Source: an uncultured candidate division Zixibacteria bacterium (GTDB lineage Bacteria; Zixibacteria; MSB-5A5; GN15; FEB-12). Taken from it: 64,000 nucleotides of DNA. The translations under genes and the position numbers were made by a program. The notes under the pieces are model-generated. The model did no database searches and was not told the origin of the DNA. It was given only the letters and a program-made list of their open reading frames with translations. This document shows, in pieces, positions 19,611 through 30,241 of the stretch; the first letter of the stretch is position 1, and every line of letters starts with the position of its first letter. The stretch lies in the NCBI GenBank assembly GCA_963806185.1, contig CAWDXE010000007.1:1-64000 (forward strand), written 5' to 3'.

Positions 19611-19820
19611 ATGGAAACGCGTAGAGCAGCACCGTCTGGCGCGGGCGACGAGATTTCCGCCGAAGAGCGTTATCGCATGATTGTGGAAGCAGCGTACTAT
19701 CGTGATGTGCAGCGTGGTTTTGCCGGAGGCGACACAATTAGTGACTGGCTCGAGGCCCAAGCGGAAGTGGATGCCGAACTGGCCGGTACACAGCGTCAAG
19801 CGGAACAACGCGGCAAGTGA
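19611..19820 (+). CDS. DUF2934 domain protein, copy 2 (N-terminally shorter)
   Basis: IVEAAYYRDVQRGFAGG...DWLEAQAE. Confidence 0.7.
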   Translation: METRRAAPSGAGDEISAEERYRMIVEAAYYRDVQRGFAGGDTISDWLEAQAEVDAELAGTQRQAEQRGK

Positions 19821-19905
19821 CGATTCTTGAGCATGTGCAGCATCTGGCCATGGCAACGATGGCAGATACGGTTGCTAACATACGGGACGTGAAGGATCGA
19901 GGAAA

Positions 19906-20739
19906 ATGGTCAAAAAGATACTCCTCGGCATAGGTGGTACACCTTATTCAAATGCTGCGATTCAGCGGGCGGTCGAACTTGCTTATCGGTTTGGCGCAGC
20001 GGTCACGGGCGTAACGGTGGTCGATCTCGACAAGATGGCACGAGTGGGACTAGTGCCAAAGGGGACACTACACGAAGCCAGAAGGCAGAGTGTGATTAGC
20101 ATCCGACTGACAAAAGACCATATCAAGAAGGCCATTGACACTTTCGAGTCCGCCTGTAAATCCGCTGGAATCAGGTACCAAGTGAGACAGGAACAGCACG
20201 GAGAGTCATTCGATCTGATGATAGATCTCGCCCGTTACCATGATCTCATGATCTTCGGTCTTCGAAGCATATTCGAATATGATATTTCAGAGGAGGAGCC
20301 CAGTAACACGTTAGCACGGCTAATATCGGCCGGAGTGAGACCGATCATTGCCGTGTCGGCAACGCACCTGCCGATTCGAAGGATTCTGATCGCCTACAGC
20401 GGTTCGATGGAGTCGGCCAAGACCATGAAGCGATTCATTCAGTTAGGTCTCTGGCCGGATGCAGACATACTGATTGTGACCGCTCATGACTCAGAGGACA
20501 CAGCACGGCACCTTCTGATCGACGCGGCGGGCTATTGCCGAGCGCACGGCCGGTGTGTGAGCTGTGAGTTAGCCTCGGGATCTCCAAAGGATTCTCTAAT
20601 GACCTTGGCGACCTCGAGGCAGGCGGACTTGATTGTCTTGGGCAACAGCGCACGGAGTCTCTTGCTGAGGCGCGTCATCGGAGAAACCGCATTGCATATT
20701 ATCAGGAATGCCGACCGGCCGTTGTTTCTATGCCAGTGA
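19906..20739 (+). CDS. tandem-domain universal stress protein
   Basis: KKILLG, RILIAYSGS, ADLIVLG..S....VIGET..HII....PL. Confidence 0.85.
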   Translation: MVKKILLGIGGTPYSNAAIQRAVELAYRFGAAVTGVTVVDLDKMARVGLVPKGTLHEARRQSVISIRLTKDHIKKAIDTFESACKSAGIRYQVRQEQHGESFDLMIDLARYHDLMIFGLRSIFEYDISEEEPSNTLARLISAGVRPIIAVSATHLPIRRILIAYSGSMESAKTMKRFIQLGLWPDADILIVTAHDSEDTARHLLIDAAGYCRAHGRCVSCELASGSPKDSLMTLATSRQADLIVLGNSARSLLLRRVIGETALHIIRNADRPLFLCQ

Positions 20740-20964
20740 TTTGAACCATGAGATCACGGACGCAGCATCGTAAATCGCTGCCAACCGACACTCTCGTGTT
20801 GCTGGCCATCTGTACTAGAAACAGGCAGTAGCAATACTACCTGATCCCGACATCAATGAGAGGTCCTGATGTCAAGTCCGTTCTGCTGGAGGATCTTATT
20901 GGCATAGTCATCCGAATGCCCTCATGCGTATTATCGACTGAGAGCAGAAAGCAAGAGTAGAGAC

Positions 20965-23643
20965 ATGCATGGTCGTTCCTCGATGTGGACTTCGCTTGAA
21001 GTCGAAGAACTGGTGAGGCAGCTGGGCACTAACACGCTGTACGGTCTGAGCAGTGCAGAGTCAACTCGTCGCTTAATTGAAGCTGGACCTAACGAACTGC
21101 AGGCTCCGCGCCGCATCTCACCGTGGGCGATATTTGTCGAGCAGTTTAAGAGCGTTATCGTCCTCATCTTGATCGTCGCTGTTGGTCTATCAGTCTTTCT
21201 TGGGCACGGCCTTGAAGCGATTGCCATAGGCGTAATCGTACTGTTTGCCACATTGCTGGGCTTCATACAGGAATACCGCGCTGAACGGGCACTTGAGGCG
21301 CTTCGCCAGATGGCCGCGCCGACGGCTACGGTTCTCCGTGATGGCAAGGAGATTGAAATCCTGTCGCGAGAGCTTGTGTCCGGCGATGTCATTATTCTTA
21401 GGACAGGGGACAAAATACCAGCTGATGCTCGACTGATCGAGGCCATCAACCTGCAGGCCGACGAAGCCACTCTCACGGGTGAGTCCATCCCCGTTGAAAA
21501 GCACACCAGCCCACTGCCCAACGATGAATTACCAATTGGCGACCGGAAGAACATGGTTTTTGCAGGTACCGCTGCGACGTACGGCCGAGGCCGCGCGGTC
21601 GTGGTTGCTACGGGCATGCAAACAGAGTTTGGACGGATCGCCAGGTTGCTTGCCACCGTTGAAATTGGCCAGACTCCACTGCAGAACAATTTGAAGAGAG
21701 TTGGGCATGCACTTGCGTATGTCGCTCTGGCGGTCGTCATACTTATTGTCGGACTCGGATTCTTTCGTGGTCAGCCGCTGCTGGAGATGCTCGTATTTGG
21801 CATTGCCTTAGCAGTCGCGGTAGTTCCGGAGGCCTTGCCGGCCGTTGTCACAATCTCGCTTGCAATTGGCGTGCAGCGGATGGTGAAGCGTAACGCTCTT
21901 ATCCGCCGCTTGCCGGCTGTGGAAACTCTCGGCAGTACATCGGTCATTTGCTCTGATAAGACCGGCACACTGACCAAAGACGAAATGACAGTCAGGAAGA
22001 TTGTGTTGCCCGGTCAGAGTATAGAGGTCTCAGGCGCAGGATACGAACCGCAGGGTGCGTTTTCGTGCAACGGTAATGCCGTCGATCTTTCCGGGCCAAT
22101 CGCGGAACTGCTGAGGGCCGCCGTACTCGCGTCTGACGCTCAGCTCACCCGAAGCGACGAGCGGTGGGATATTAAAGGCGATCCGACTGAAGGGGCGCTG
22201 GTAGTCGTTGCAGCCAAAGCCGGACTACACAAATCTGATCTCGACGTCCAGTTTCCACGATTGAGCGAGATCCCATTCACCTCCGAAAGTAAGCGCATGA
22301 CCACGCTCCATGCGTTACCAGTTGGCTCGGTAGCCTATGCCAAAGGCGCTCCCGAGGTGATTCTCAATGCCTGTACTCGGCAACTTACCAATGCTGGCGA
22401 GAACGTGCTTGACGACGCTAGAAGGGCAGAACTCTTGGCCGAGGCGCAACGGATGGCGAGTGAAGCACTACGAGTACTTGCCGTGGCGACCAAAACGGAG
22501 ACGACACTTACCGACGCGGAATGTGGGATGACATTCCTCGGTCTAATGGGGATGATTGACCCTCCCCGACCTGAGGCTCAGGCCGCGATCCAAACGTGCC
22601 GGCAGGCGGGTATTCACGTGGTCATGATCACCGGAGACCATCCCCTCACAGCACAAGCCGTCGCGAAGGAACTGGGTCTGTTCGTTACTGGCCGCGTAGT
22701 CACTGGTGCTGAACTAGAGGGGATGAGCGACGCCGAGCTCGAGGCTCGTATGGGAGACATCGATATCTTCGCCAGAGTTTCACCAGCACACAAGCTCCGC
22801 GTGGTAACCGCGCTACAAGGGAAAGGCCACGTTGTGGCGATGACGGGCGACGGGGTAAACGACGCGCCAGCGCTCAAGAAAGCTGACATCGGCATCGCGA
22901 TGGGCGTCACCGGGACGGATGTGTCCAAAGAGGCTGCGGTCATGACACTCATTGACGACAACTTCGCTTCTATCGTCGCCGCAGTGGAGGAGGGACGAGG
23001 CATCTTTGGGAACATCAAGAAGTACCTGACATATTTGCTCTCCTCCAATATTGGCGAAATCACCCTGATAGCCGGCGCCAGTGTATTGGAGATGCCCATG
23101 CCATTGACGGCGGTGCAGATTCTGTATATCAACCTTGCGACCGACGGCTTGCCGGCCCTCGCCCTGGCCGTGGACCCATATGAACCGGACTTAATGCGGC
23201 GACCACCACGGAGTTCTGGTACTGGCATGTTCACACGACCGGTAGTTTCCCTGATGGTAGTCGGTGGGTTGTGGTCGGCATTGGCGAATCTGTCGCTTTT
23301 CACCTGGGCGCTGCAGTCCGGCCGCAGTCTTGAAGAGTCAATCACGATGACCTTCATTTCGCTCGCGCTCATTCAGTTTTTCAAGGCCTACAATTTCCGC
23401 TCCGATCGGCACTCGGTTCTGGATCGGCCCTTTTCAAACAAATGGCTGAACCTTGCAGTCGTGTGGGAAGGGGTGTTGCTGATTTTGATCGTCTATGTGC
23501 CTTTTCTGCAAGGGCCGCTCGGCACTTTCGGTCTATCACTAATGGATTGGACAATAGTCATCACCGTTGCCTTTACAATCACGCCGGTGTTGGAGTTGGC
23601 AAAATGGATGGAGCGACGAGGTTGGTTTGGAAAATTAACCTGA
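20965..23643 (+). CDS. P2A-type (Ca2+-like) cation-transporting P-type ATPase
   Basis: [38 protein letters not shown]. Confidence 0.95.
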   Translation: MHGRSSMWTSLEVEELVRQLGTNTLYGLSSAESTRRLIEAGPNELQAPRRISPWAIFVEQFKSVIVLILIVAVGLSVFLGHGLEAIAIGVIVLFATLLGFIQEYRAERALEALRQMAAPTATVLRDGKEIEILSRELVSGDVIILRTGDKIPADARLIEAINLQADEATLTGESIPVEKHTSPLPNDELPIGDRKNMVFAGTAATYGRGRAVVVATGMQTEFGRIARLLATVEIGQTPLQNNLKRVGHALAYVALAVVILIVGLGFFRGQPLLEMLVFGIALAVAVVPEALPAVVTISLAIGVQRMVKRNALIRRLPAVETLGSTSVICSDKTGTLTKDEMTVRKIVLPGQSIEVSGAGYEPQGAFSCNGNAVDLSGPIAELLRAAVLASDAQLTRSDERWDIKGDPTEGALVVVAAKAGLHKSDLDVQFPRLSEIPFTSESKRMTTLHALPVGSVAYAKGAPEVILNACTRQLTNAGENVLDDARRAELLAEAQRMASEALRVLAVATKTETTLTDAECGMTFLGLMGMIDPPRPEAQAAIQTCRQAGIHVVMITGDHPLTAQAVAKELGLFVTGRVVTGAELEGMSDAELEARMGDIDIFARVSPAHKLRVVTALQGKGHVVAMTGDGVNDAPALKKADIGIAMGVTGTDVSKEAAVMTLIDDNFASIVAAVEEGRGIFGNIKKYLTYLLSSNIGEITLIAGASVLEMPMPLTAVQILYINLATDGLPALALAVDPYEPDLMRRPPRSSGTGMFTRPVVSLMVVGGLWSALANLSLFTWALQSGRSLEESITMTFISLALIQFFKAYNFRSDRHSVLDRPFSNKWLNLAVVWEGVLLILIVYVPFLQGPLGTFGLSLMDWTIVITVAFTITPVLELAKWMERRGWFGKLT

Positions 23644-23946
23644 AACGATTTGTCGCCGTTAAGCCTGTCATGGATGAAGACGGTCTGCTTCCCATCCACC
23701 GCTACCTGCGCTTTCTGGATGCTGCTATGATATAGGGTGCGGCCCTACATCCGTACGCTTACCGGGTCGAGAGAGTTGAAACAAGAAACTGAATCCTCTT
23801 TCCATGAGGAATCGTTAAGAGCGTCACCTATGAAAGGGCTGGTGTGAAGAGCTTTTTTCTTTCTTTCCGGTCTTTCTGCGACCTGCCCGTTCTGGCGGAT
23901 TGCGCCCACTTGAATAGTCCACGTGAGCGGTTCCTAAGTTCAAAAA

Positions 23947-24030
23947 AGCGTCACAATTTGGTCACGATGACCCGTAAGTTATTGTCCCACATGGCGAGCC
24001 GGGTGTACAATGCCCCCGGCCCGTCAGTTC
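23947..24030 (+). repeat. module-boundary att-flank motif with decayed tmRNA-like core
   Basis: 23947-24000 is 49/54 identical to 33097-33150; followed by gggtgtacaatgcccccgg, a degenerate version of the T-arm. Confidence 0.75.
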
Positions 24031-24142
24031 ATGTTCTTAATTCACAATCTGTTATAAGGACTCAGTTCACTTCTGTTGAGGCACAATTCAGAACGGTTCA
24101 GTTCGGGGCAGGCATGAAAGCGTCGACGCGACAGTTCTTATG

Positions 24143-25342
24143 TCATTCGTAGCGCAAGGCGTCAATAATATTGAATCGCGCGGCCCGTAACGCTGGATAG
24201 AACCCCGCCGCAGCGCCGACTCCCACGCAGATCAGGATGCTATTACCAATCCACAGCCACGGAATAACCATAGTGCCGTCGATCAGCATCCGATTCATCA
24301 AGAGTCCGCCAAGGATGCCAAGGCAACCGCCGCACACTCCCAGAACTACCGACTCGATCAAGAACTGCAAAATAATCACTGATCGGGTTGCTCCTACGGC
24401 GCGACGAATGCCGATTTCGCGCGTTCGCTCAGTCACCGACACGAGCATCACGTTGGCGATACCGATCCCTCCGACCACCAATGAAACCAGCGCGATGATA
24501 ATGATGAAGTTGGCCAACTCGACGTTGGTCTCCTGAATCGTGCTCAAAAAGAAGTCCTGGCGGCGGACGCGGAAATCGTTCGGTTGATCCGCGCGGAGGC
24601 GGTGATTCTGACGAAGCAATGACTCGATATCATAAAGCGCCTCATCGTAGGCATCCGCCGAGCGCATCTGCGCCATTACGGTGTTCAGGTAATCGACGCC
24701 GAACATCCGTTCTTGGGCCGTAGTGAGCGGCACAAATATCTGGTCATCGGGACTCGACCACGATTCTCCTTTTGCCGGAAGGACCCCGGTGACCGTGAAA
24801 CTGTTCGATTTCAGGAAGATAGTCTTGCCGACGGGGGACTCATCGCCGAATAGGTCCTTGCGGACGGTTGCGCCGATCACGCAGACACGCGCTCGCTCGA
24901 GCAGTTCCTGAGGCGAAAATACCCGTCCTTCAGAGGGCTGGGCATTGTTAACCGGGAACCAAGCCGACGTGGTCCCGGACACTCGCGTACTGCGATTTTT
25001 GTCGCGGTACTCCGCGGATGCATTTCCCGAGAAAATCGGCACAGCCTCAGAGATGACTTTTGACGTAGCGGCAAGTTGTCGAGTATCATCCCAGGTCAGG
25101 CTAACGACGTCAACATCCACATGTACGCCTTGTCCGTGGGCAAACTCGGGACGGATGATGAGAATGTTCGGACCCATTGCCTCGAGGCGCTGAGCAATGC
25201 GCTGCTTGGTCATCTCGCCCAGTGTGACGACATATAATACTGCGCCGATCCCAACGGCAATCCCGATCAGGGTCAATGTCGACCGCAGAGGATTGGCTTT
25301 GATGCTGTGCAGACCTTCGGTGATATTTTCTAAGAGTATCAT
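24143..25342 (-). CDS. MacB/FtsX-like ABC transporter permease
   Basis: RSTLTLIGIAVGIG, GGIGIANVMLVSVTERTREIGIRRAVGA, ALRYE. Confidence 0.92.
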   Translation of the reverse strand: MILLENITEGLHSIKANPLRSTLTLIGIAVGIGAVLYVVTLGEMTKQRIAQRLEAMGPNILIIRPEFAHGQGVHVDVDVVSLTWDDTRQLAATSKVISEAVPIFSGNASAEYRDKNRSTRVSGTTSAWFPVNNAQPSEGRVFSPQELLERARVCVIGATVRKDLFGDESPVGKTIFLKSNSFTVTGVLPAKGESWSSPDDQIFVPLTTAQERMFGVDYLNTVMAQMRSADAYDEALYDIESLLRQNHRLRADQPNDFRVRRQDFFLSTIQETNVELANFIIIIALVSLVVGGIGIANVMLVSVTERTREIGIRRAVGATRSVIILQFLIESVVLGVCGGCLGILGGLLMNRMLIDGTMVIPWLWIGNSILICVGVGAAAGFYPALRAARFNIIDALRYE

Positions 25343-25364
25343 CGCGTGTCCCAGCTATTGCGTA

Positions 25365-26555
25365 TTAGTGCCCACCGCCACCGCGAGGTTGACTGCTACT
25401 CGATGAGCCGAAGCCACGCGAACTCTTGATTTCCTGCTGCATCCGGTCGTTCTCTTCTTTTAAGCGAGAAACCATAGGAACGCCAACTGTGTCGCGGTCG
25501 GTCAGTCCGGAGAGGACAACCGCCTCCTGAGCATTCATAAGTCCGAGTTCGACCGCGCGAGGGGCAAAAGTATTCCCCTGTTTCACCAAGACTTCTCGCG
25601 ATGACATACCGGGATCGGCATTGTCCGATTCTCGCAAGGCAAGCATAGGAATCAACACGGCGTCTTCGGCGCGGGCCACGGTTACCTCGGCGTTGACATT
25701 CATACCGGATTTCAATAAGCCGTCAATGTTTTCCACCTTGATGACGATGTCAAAAAGAGTAACATTCTGCAAAACACGGGCCTCGGGAGCAACGCGTACG
25801 ATGGTACCAGTGAATGTACTTGACGGATACGCGTCGGCGACGATCGTCGCGATTTGACCGACACTGATCTTCCCGACATCGATTTCGTCGATTCCGGCCT
25901 CCACATACACTTGGCGCATATCGGCGATATCGGCTATCTTGGTACCACCGCCGACGTTGCTGATGCCGGATGCAATAATCTGGCCAATTTCAACGTACTT
26001 CTGAAGTACGACGCCATCTATGGGTGCCGGCACCAGCGTTTCAGCAAAACGGATTCTGGATCGCTCCAGTGACGTTAGGGCGCGGACGAGTTTGCCCTTC
26101 GCCTGGGCCAAAGTCAGCGCAACCTGGTCGTACTCTTCTTGGGAAATGAGGTTCTTCTCAAGCAATTGCCGTCGACGTTCTTCGGTATTCTGTGCCTGTT
26201 TGATCTCTGCTTGCGCGATCTCCAGGTCCGCCTGGGCCTGATCAAGATCTGCCTTAACGTCGGTTTGGTCCAGACGACAGATTAATTGACCGCGGGAAAC
26301 GGACTGACCGGCTTCGACCGGCAGCTCTTCGACGCGGCCGCTGGCCTTCGACTTTATCTCCACCCGGTAAATCGGTCTCACGACGCCGTCGGCGGAAACG
26401 ACGGTTGTCAGCGTGCCCCGCCGCAACGGGTACGCCTTATAGCGCGGTTGCTCATCGGATGCGATAGTATCGCCTCGTGTCCACATGATACCAATACCAA
26501 CGCAGACAATCGTCAGCGTCAGCGATACTGTGATTAACCAGGGACGTCGTTTCAT
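25365..26555 (-). CDS. MacA-like efflux periplasmic adaptor subunit
   Basis: N-terminal TM, EIKSKASGRV, coiled hairpin, APIDGVV, IDEID, LKSGM. Confidence 0.9.
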   Translation of the reverse strand: MKRRPWLITVSLTLTIVCVGIGIMWTRGDTIASDEQPRYKAYPLRRGTLTTVVSADGVVRPIYRVEIKSKASGRVEELPVEAGQSVSRGQLICRLDQTDVKADLDQAQADLEIAQAEIKQAQNTEERRRQLLEKNLISQEEYDQVALTLAQAKGKLVRALTSLERSRIRFAETLVPAPIDGVVLQKYVEIGQIIASGISNVGGGTKIADIADMRQVYVEAGIDEIDVGKISVGQIATIVADAYPSSTFTGTIVRVAPEARVLQNVTLFDIVIKVENIDGLLKSGMNVNAEVTVARAEDAVLIPMLALRESDNADPGMSSREVLVKQGNTFAPRAVELGLMNAQEAVVLSGLTDRDTVGVPMVSRLKEENDRMQQEIKSSRGFGSSSSSQPRGGGGH

Positions 26556-26561
26556 GCTGCG

Positions 26562-27392
26562 TCACTTTTCCTGGGGTGTTAAGTCTTGCGACATTGTTGT
26601 GGTCATTGCGTTAGCCCCTATTGCGGCACGCTCTTCGACGATCTGCTGCTGAAGGCGCTCGATCGGATAGAGCGAGACATTTTCCGCAGAGGACCTTTCC
26701 TCGAAAGCAAAGGGATCATCAAGATCCCGAATCAGCAAGAGCAAGAAGATCATCAGGAAGGAAATCACGCCAACAAAGAAGAGCGATTCGGTGAAGGGCT
26801 CGATTTTCGAGAGAATCAACCCTATACAAAGTAGACCAGTGACCGAGCTGGCAATGAGATAACCAGAAGATATGAAGCTGGTATCCCGGATCGTGTCTGT
26901 ACGGACGATCAGTCTACGCAGGCCAGTTAGCTCCGATTTCAGGCGAACCACATGGTTAGCCGGGACAGTCGGTTCCAGATCACTTAGCAGAATGTTGCAG
27001 CGGCGCGTGAGGTCCAGCAACTCTCGAGTTCGAATTCGGCGATGAAACCAGCGGCCAGTCTGGTCGACCAGGCCGGCGACTATGTCCACGCCCTGCTGGG
27101 CCGCCTGATTGTTCTTGGCGGTGGCGATGTATACGCATTCCTCGTAGAGAGTTGCCAAAGCATTAGCCATTTCGCCGGGGATCCGCTCGGCCTCTTTATA
27201 GTCGGAAAGGACACCGGAGAGCAAAAAGCCCATCAGGAAGACATTACCGGCAATAATACCGGAGAACAAATTGTTGAGCGACAACAGTTCAAGGCCGAAG
27301 GAATGGACTGCCAGTTTGGATCCGACCACAATTCCCACAAGAAGCAGCGCCTGAAGGAAGAGTACCCAGTTCTTACTACGAAGATGAATCAT
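26562..27392 (-). CDS. bestrophin-like membrane protein
   Basis: 4 TM helices, FLMGFLL..V..DY.EA, LLIRDLDDPF. Confidence 0.55.
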   Translation of the reverse strand: MIHLRSKNWVLFLQALLLVGIVVGSKLAVHSFGLELLSLNNLFSGIIAGNVFLMGFLLSGVLSDYKEAERIPGEMANALATLYEECVYIATAKNNQAAQQGVDIVAGLVDQTGRWFHRRIRTRELLDLTRRCNILLSDLEPTVPANHVVRLKSELTGLRRLIVRTDTIRDTSFISSGYLIASSVTGLLCIGLILSKIEPFTESLFFVGVISFLMIFLLLLIRDLDDPFAFEERSSAENVSLYPIERLQQQIVEERAAIGANAMTTTMSQDLTPQEK

Positions 27393-28303
27393 TGGCGTTG
27401 GTCCGGATATTCTTTGCCGACGTCACGAGATGTGACGAGGTCTGGTTCCTGATGCACCTGCATGAAACAGCGTGGGATGGTGCTGCAGACTATGGCTTCA
27501 AACCGATCGGCGATAGCGTGAGCATCATTGAGTGGCAGAGAGCCGTCGACAGTAATCTGTATGTCGATGAAGACATCGGCGCCCGATGTACGAACGCGAA
27601 CATTGCCTACCGACGAAATCTCAGGAATCTGTGTAGCCGCCTCATAGACTAGCGTTACAACCCCTTGTGGAGCACGATCTAGGAGGACGTCGATTGCGCG
27701 CTTGCCCAGGCGGTAGCAAACGGAAATAACAATCGCCGCCACGATGAGCGCTGCAATAGAATCTGCCGTATAGACTCCAAAATTGGCGCAGATCAGTCCC
27801 AGCAGAACTACCGATGAACTCCAGATGTCGGTTGAGAAATGCAGGGCATCGGCTTCAAGAGCCTGACTATTGTATTTCCTAGCCGCTTTCATCAGTGCCC
27901 GGGAACGACCATAATCAATGACGATCGAAGCGATGACAACCGCGTAGCTCCACGGTGTCACTTCTATATGAACCCGACCAGTGAGAAGTCGCGAGACTGC
28001 TTCGTAGATAATCCAGGCACAGGTAATGAGCAGAAGCACTGTTTCCACCAGCGCCGAGAGGTTCTCTATCTTTCCGTGTCCAAAGTGGTGTTCTTGATCT
28101 GCCGGTTTGTCGGAAACGCGCACGGAAAAGTAGGTAATTGCGGCCGCGACCAAATCCAGCCCGGAATGCAAGGCTTCTGCCAGAATGCCTAAACTGCCAG
28201 TCAATAGGCCAACGGTGGTCTTGCCACCGGTCAATGCAATCGCTGCAAAGACCGAGAGCAGCGCAACCGATTTCTTCTCCGCTATGGCTGACTGATTACT
28301 CAA
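27389..28303 (-). CDS. cation diffusion facilitator (FieF-like)
   Basis: AEALHSGLD, DQEHHFGHGKIE, ADALHFSTD, HQEP. Confidence 0.93.
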   Translation of the reverse strand: MSNQSAIAEKKSVALLSVFAAIALTGGKTTVGLLTGSLGILAEALHSGLDLVAAAITYFSVRVSDKPADQEHHFGHGKIENLSALVETVLLLITCAWIIYEAVSRLLTGRVHIEVTPWSYAVVIASIVIDYGRSRALMKAARKYNSQALEADALHFSTDIWSSSVVLLGLICANFGVYTADSIAALIVAAIVISVCYRLGKRAIDVLLDRAPQGVVTLVYEAATQIPEISSVGNVRVRTSGADVFIDIQITVDGSLPLNDAHAIADRFEAIVCSTIPRCFMQVHQEPDLVTSRDVGKEYPDQRQ

Positions 28304-28339
28304 AGGATTACCTGTAACTCGCCGACAATGCGATCGCGG

Positions 28340-28702
28340 CTACTCAATGGATCTGCACGTAAATACCTGACCGGTTGTGCCGTCATCAAATGTCATGGTC
28401 TGCTCCATAATCGCCTTGATACTGTCTCGAGTAATGAGGTCGGGGTCGTATGTTATGACGGCCTTGTGCTCTGAGGCAAACGTTTCGATGCTGATAACAC
28501 CGTTTGTTCTGTCGTACAGGCTGGAAAAATAAGCAGCCGTTCCCTTGCACTTCAGCCCGTCGACAATTGCGGTACAGGTTGCCCCGTCAATTCCCTGGAA
28601 CCCGGTCAGAGTCGTGGGCTGAGTAAACGCAGTGCGAAGACAGTAACCTCCGACCAAAGCTATCAACACGAGCAGGGGAAGTATCCATGGGGAAAGTCGC
28701 AT
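28340..28702 (-). CDS. membrane-anchored HMA-like domain protein
   Basis: N-terminal TM; VDGLKCKGT...GV...AVITYDP HMA-like pattern. Confidence 0.6.
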   Translation of the reverse strand: MRLSPWILPLLVLIALVGGYCLRTAFTQPTTLTGFQGIDGATCTAIVDGLKCKGTAAYFSSLYDRTNGVISIETFASEHKAVITYDPDLITRDSIKAIMEQTMTFDDGTTGQVFTCRSIE

Positions 28703-28709
28703 ATTACCT

Positions 28710-29489
28710 CTACAGTTTGGTGCGCAGTTCAAGGACCCGCGGCTCCGGACAACTGGTCAGACACTCAAGACAGTTGGTGCAGTCACGATGACGAATTACT
28801 GGAAGGGTGTGCACTGGAATGTCGTGTGGACAGGCGCGCGAACAATTACCGCAGGCTGTACAGGCCGAAACATTGCGTACGACCTTCACGAGTCCAAGCC
28901 GACTGAACGGATCAAGAGTTGCCGTCAGGGGACACAAGTACCGACAGAAGAACATTGGGATGATCAGCGCACCGGCAACCAGGAGAACCAAGACGCCGAT
29001 CGAAATCACCCCGGCCGTTCCATGCCCAATACCCGAGAAGATCAAGTAAAAGGGATCATAACCACGCAGCACCAGTTCACCAGTCTTATAGGTGAAAAAG
29101 AGCACCACGATGAGCACGACATAGCGGACAAGCTTGGCCCAGGTATTGGCTGCCGGGTGTATGACCGGCCGCTTCTTCCAGATGACACCACCCAGGCGTC
29201 CGCCCAATTCACCAAGAAATCCAATGGGGCAGGCCCAACCGCAGAATGACTTCTTTGACAGTATAGCGAGGCCGATGACAGCCAGGAACATCGACAGATT
29301 CAGAGGTCCGAGGGCGCACGAGAACTCTCCGGCCGTAAACAGCCCCCACAGGCTCTCGGGGCCGCCGAACGGACAGTAGGCTTCAAAGGAACGAGTTCCG
29401 TAGCCGAACGCCAATGCCGTTACAGCGATGAGAATCAACGATAGAAGCAGATACCGGGCGAAGTGAAGTCTGCTTTGTGGTAAGATCAC
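28710..29489 (-). CDS. membrane 4Fe-4S binding protein (NapH/MauN/YccM-like)
   Basis: YCPFG, FCGWACPIG, FCRYLCP, CTACGNCSRACP, CTNCLECLTSCP. Confidence 0.88.
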   Translation of the reverse strand: MILPQSRLHFARYLLLSLILIAVTALAFGYGTRSFEAYCPFGGPESLWGLFTAGEFSCALGPLNLSMFLAVIGLAILSKKSFCGWACPIGFLGELGGRLGGVIWKKRPVIHPAANTWAKLVRYVVLIVVLFFTYKTGELVLRGYDPFYLIFSGIGHGTAGVISIGVLVLLVAGALIIPMFFCRYLCPLTATLDPFSRLGLVKVVRNVSACTACGNCSRACPHDIPVHTLPVIRHRDCTNCLECLTSCPEPRVLELRTKL

Positions 29490-29665
29490 GATCACTCCTC
29501 TACAATTCGTCAGTCCATTACATATATACCAAACCAGAGGCAAGCCGCAACGGCTGTTGGACCGAGCAGACCATTTTTAAGCCAATTTTAGGAATCCTTA
29601 TAGGCTCTCTTTAGACCCGCGTCGTTTACTGAAGTAATTGACAATGCACAAACAAGGAGACTCTC

Positions 29666-30181
29666 ATGATTGACCAAAGCCACTTGCATCCGATGATCGT
29701 CCATTTCCCGATAGCCCTGATCATCATCGGGTTTTTGTCTGATCTCGCAGGTGCGGTAACCAAGAAACAGTTCTTCACGAACGCGGGACTGTACCTGATT
29801 ACGCTGGGCAGTTTGGGCTCAATCGCGGCCTATCTGTCCGGCGATATGGCAGGTGACGGCGTAACGGAGGCCGGCGCCCTGGGTACGGCACTGGAGATTC
29901 ACGAAGGAGCTGCCACGCTGGCCCTTTGGACAATGATCGTTCTGGCAAGCCTGCGCATCACGCTGGCGCTGACCAGGAAAATGACGGGTTGGAGACAATG
30001 GGCTATGGTGGCGCTGTTGGCGGTCGGAGTCGGAACGATTGCCCGCACGGGGTACTACGGCGGCGAACTAGTATACAAGCACGCAGCGGGCGTACAGCTT
30101 ACCTTTGGCGCCGCCGATCCGGCGACTGCAACACCGTCCGCGCAAAGCCCGGAACCAAATGGATCTGAAGACAATGACTAA
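29666..30181 (+). CDS. DUF2231 membrane protein
   Basis: LHPMIVHFPIAL, H in TM3, TGYYGGELVY. Confidence 0.85.
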   Translation: MIDQSHLHPMIVHFPIALIIIGFLSDLAGAVTKKQFFTNAGLYLITLGSLGSIAAYLSGDMAGDGVTEAGALGTALEIHEGAATLALWTMIVLASLRITLALTRKMTGWRQWAMVALLAVGVGTIARTGYYGGELVYKHAAGVQLTFGAADPATATPSAQSPEPNGSEDND

Positions 30182-30241
30182 CATAACCCCTATAGAGAGT
30201 CATAAGGACACTCACGCAACGCAATTTGGAGGATGGTTTCA

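Noticed and set aside
29575..29616. OmpR-type TTA(A/G) repeats upstream of DUF2231
   Set aside because: Spacing is irregular (11, 10, 13 bp); too weak to call.
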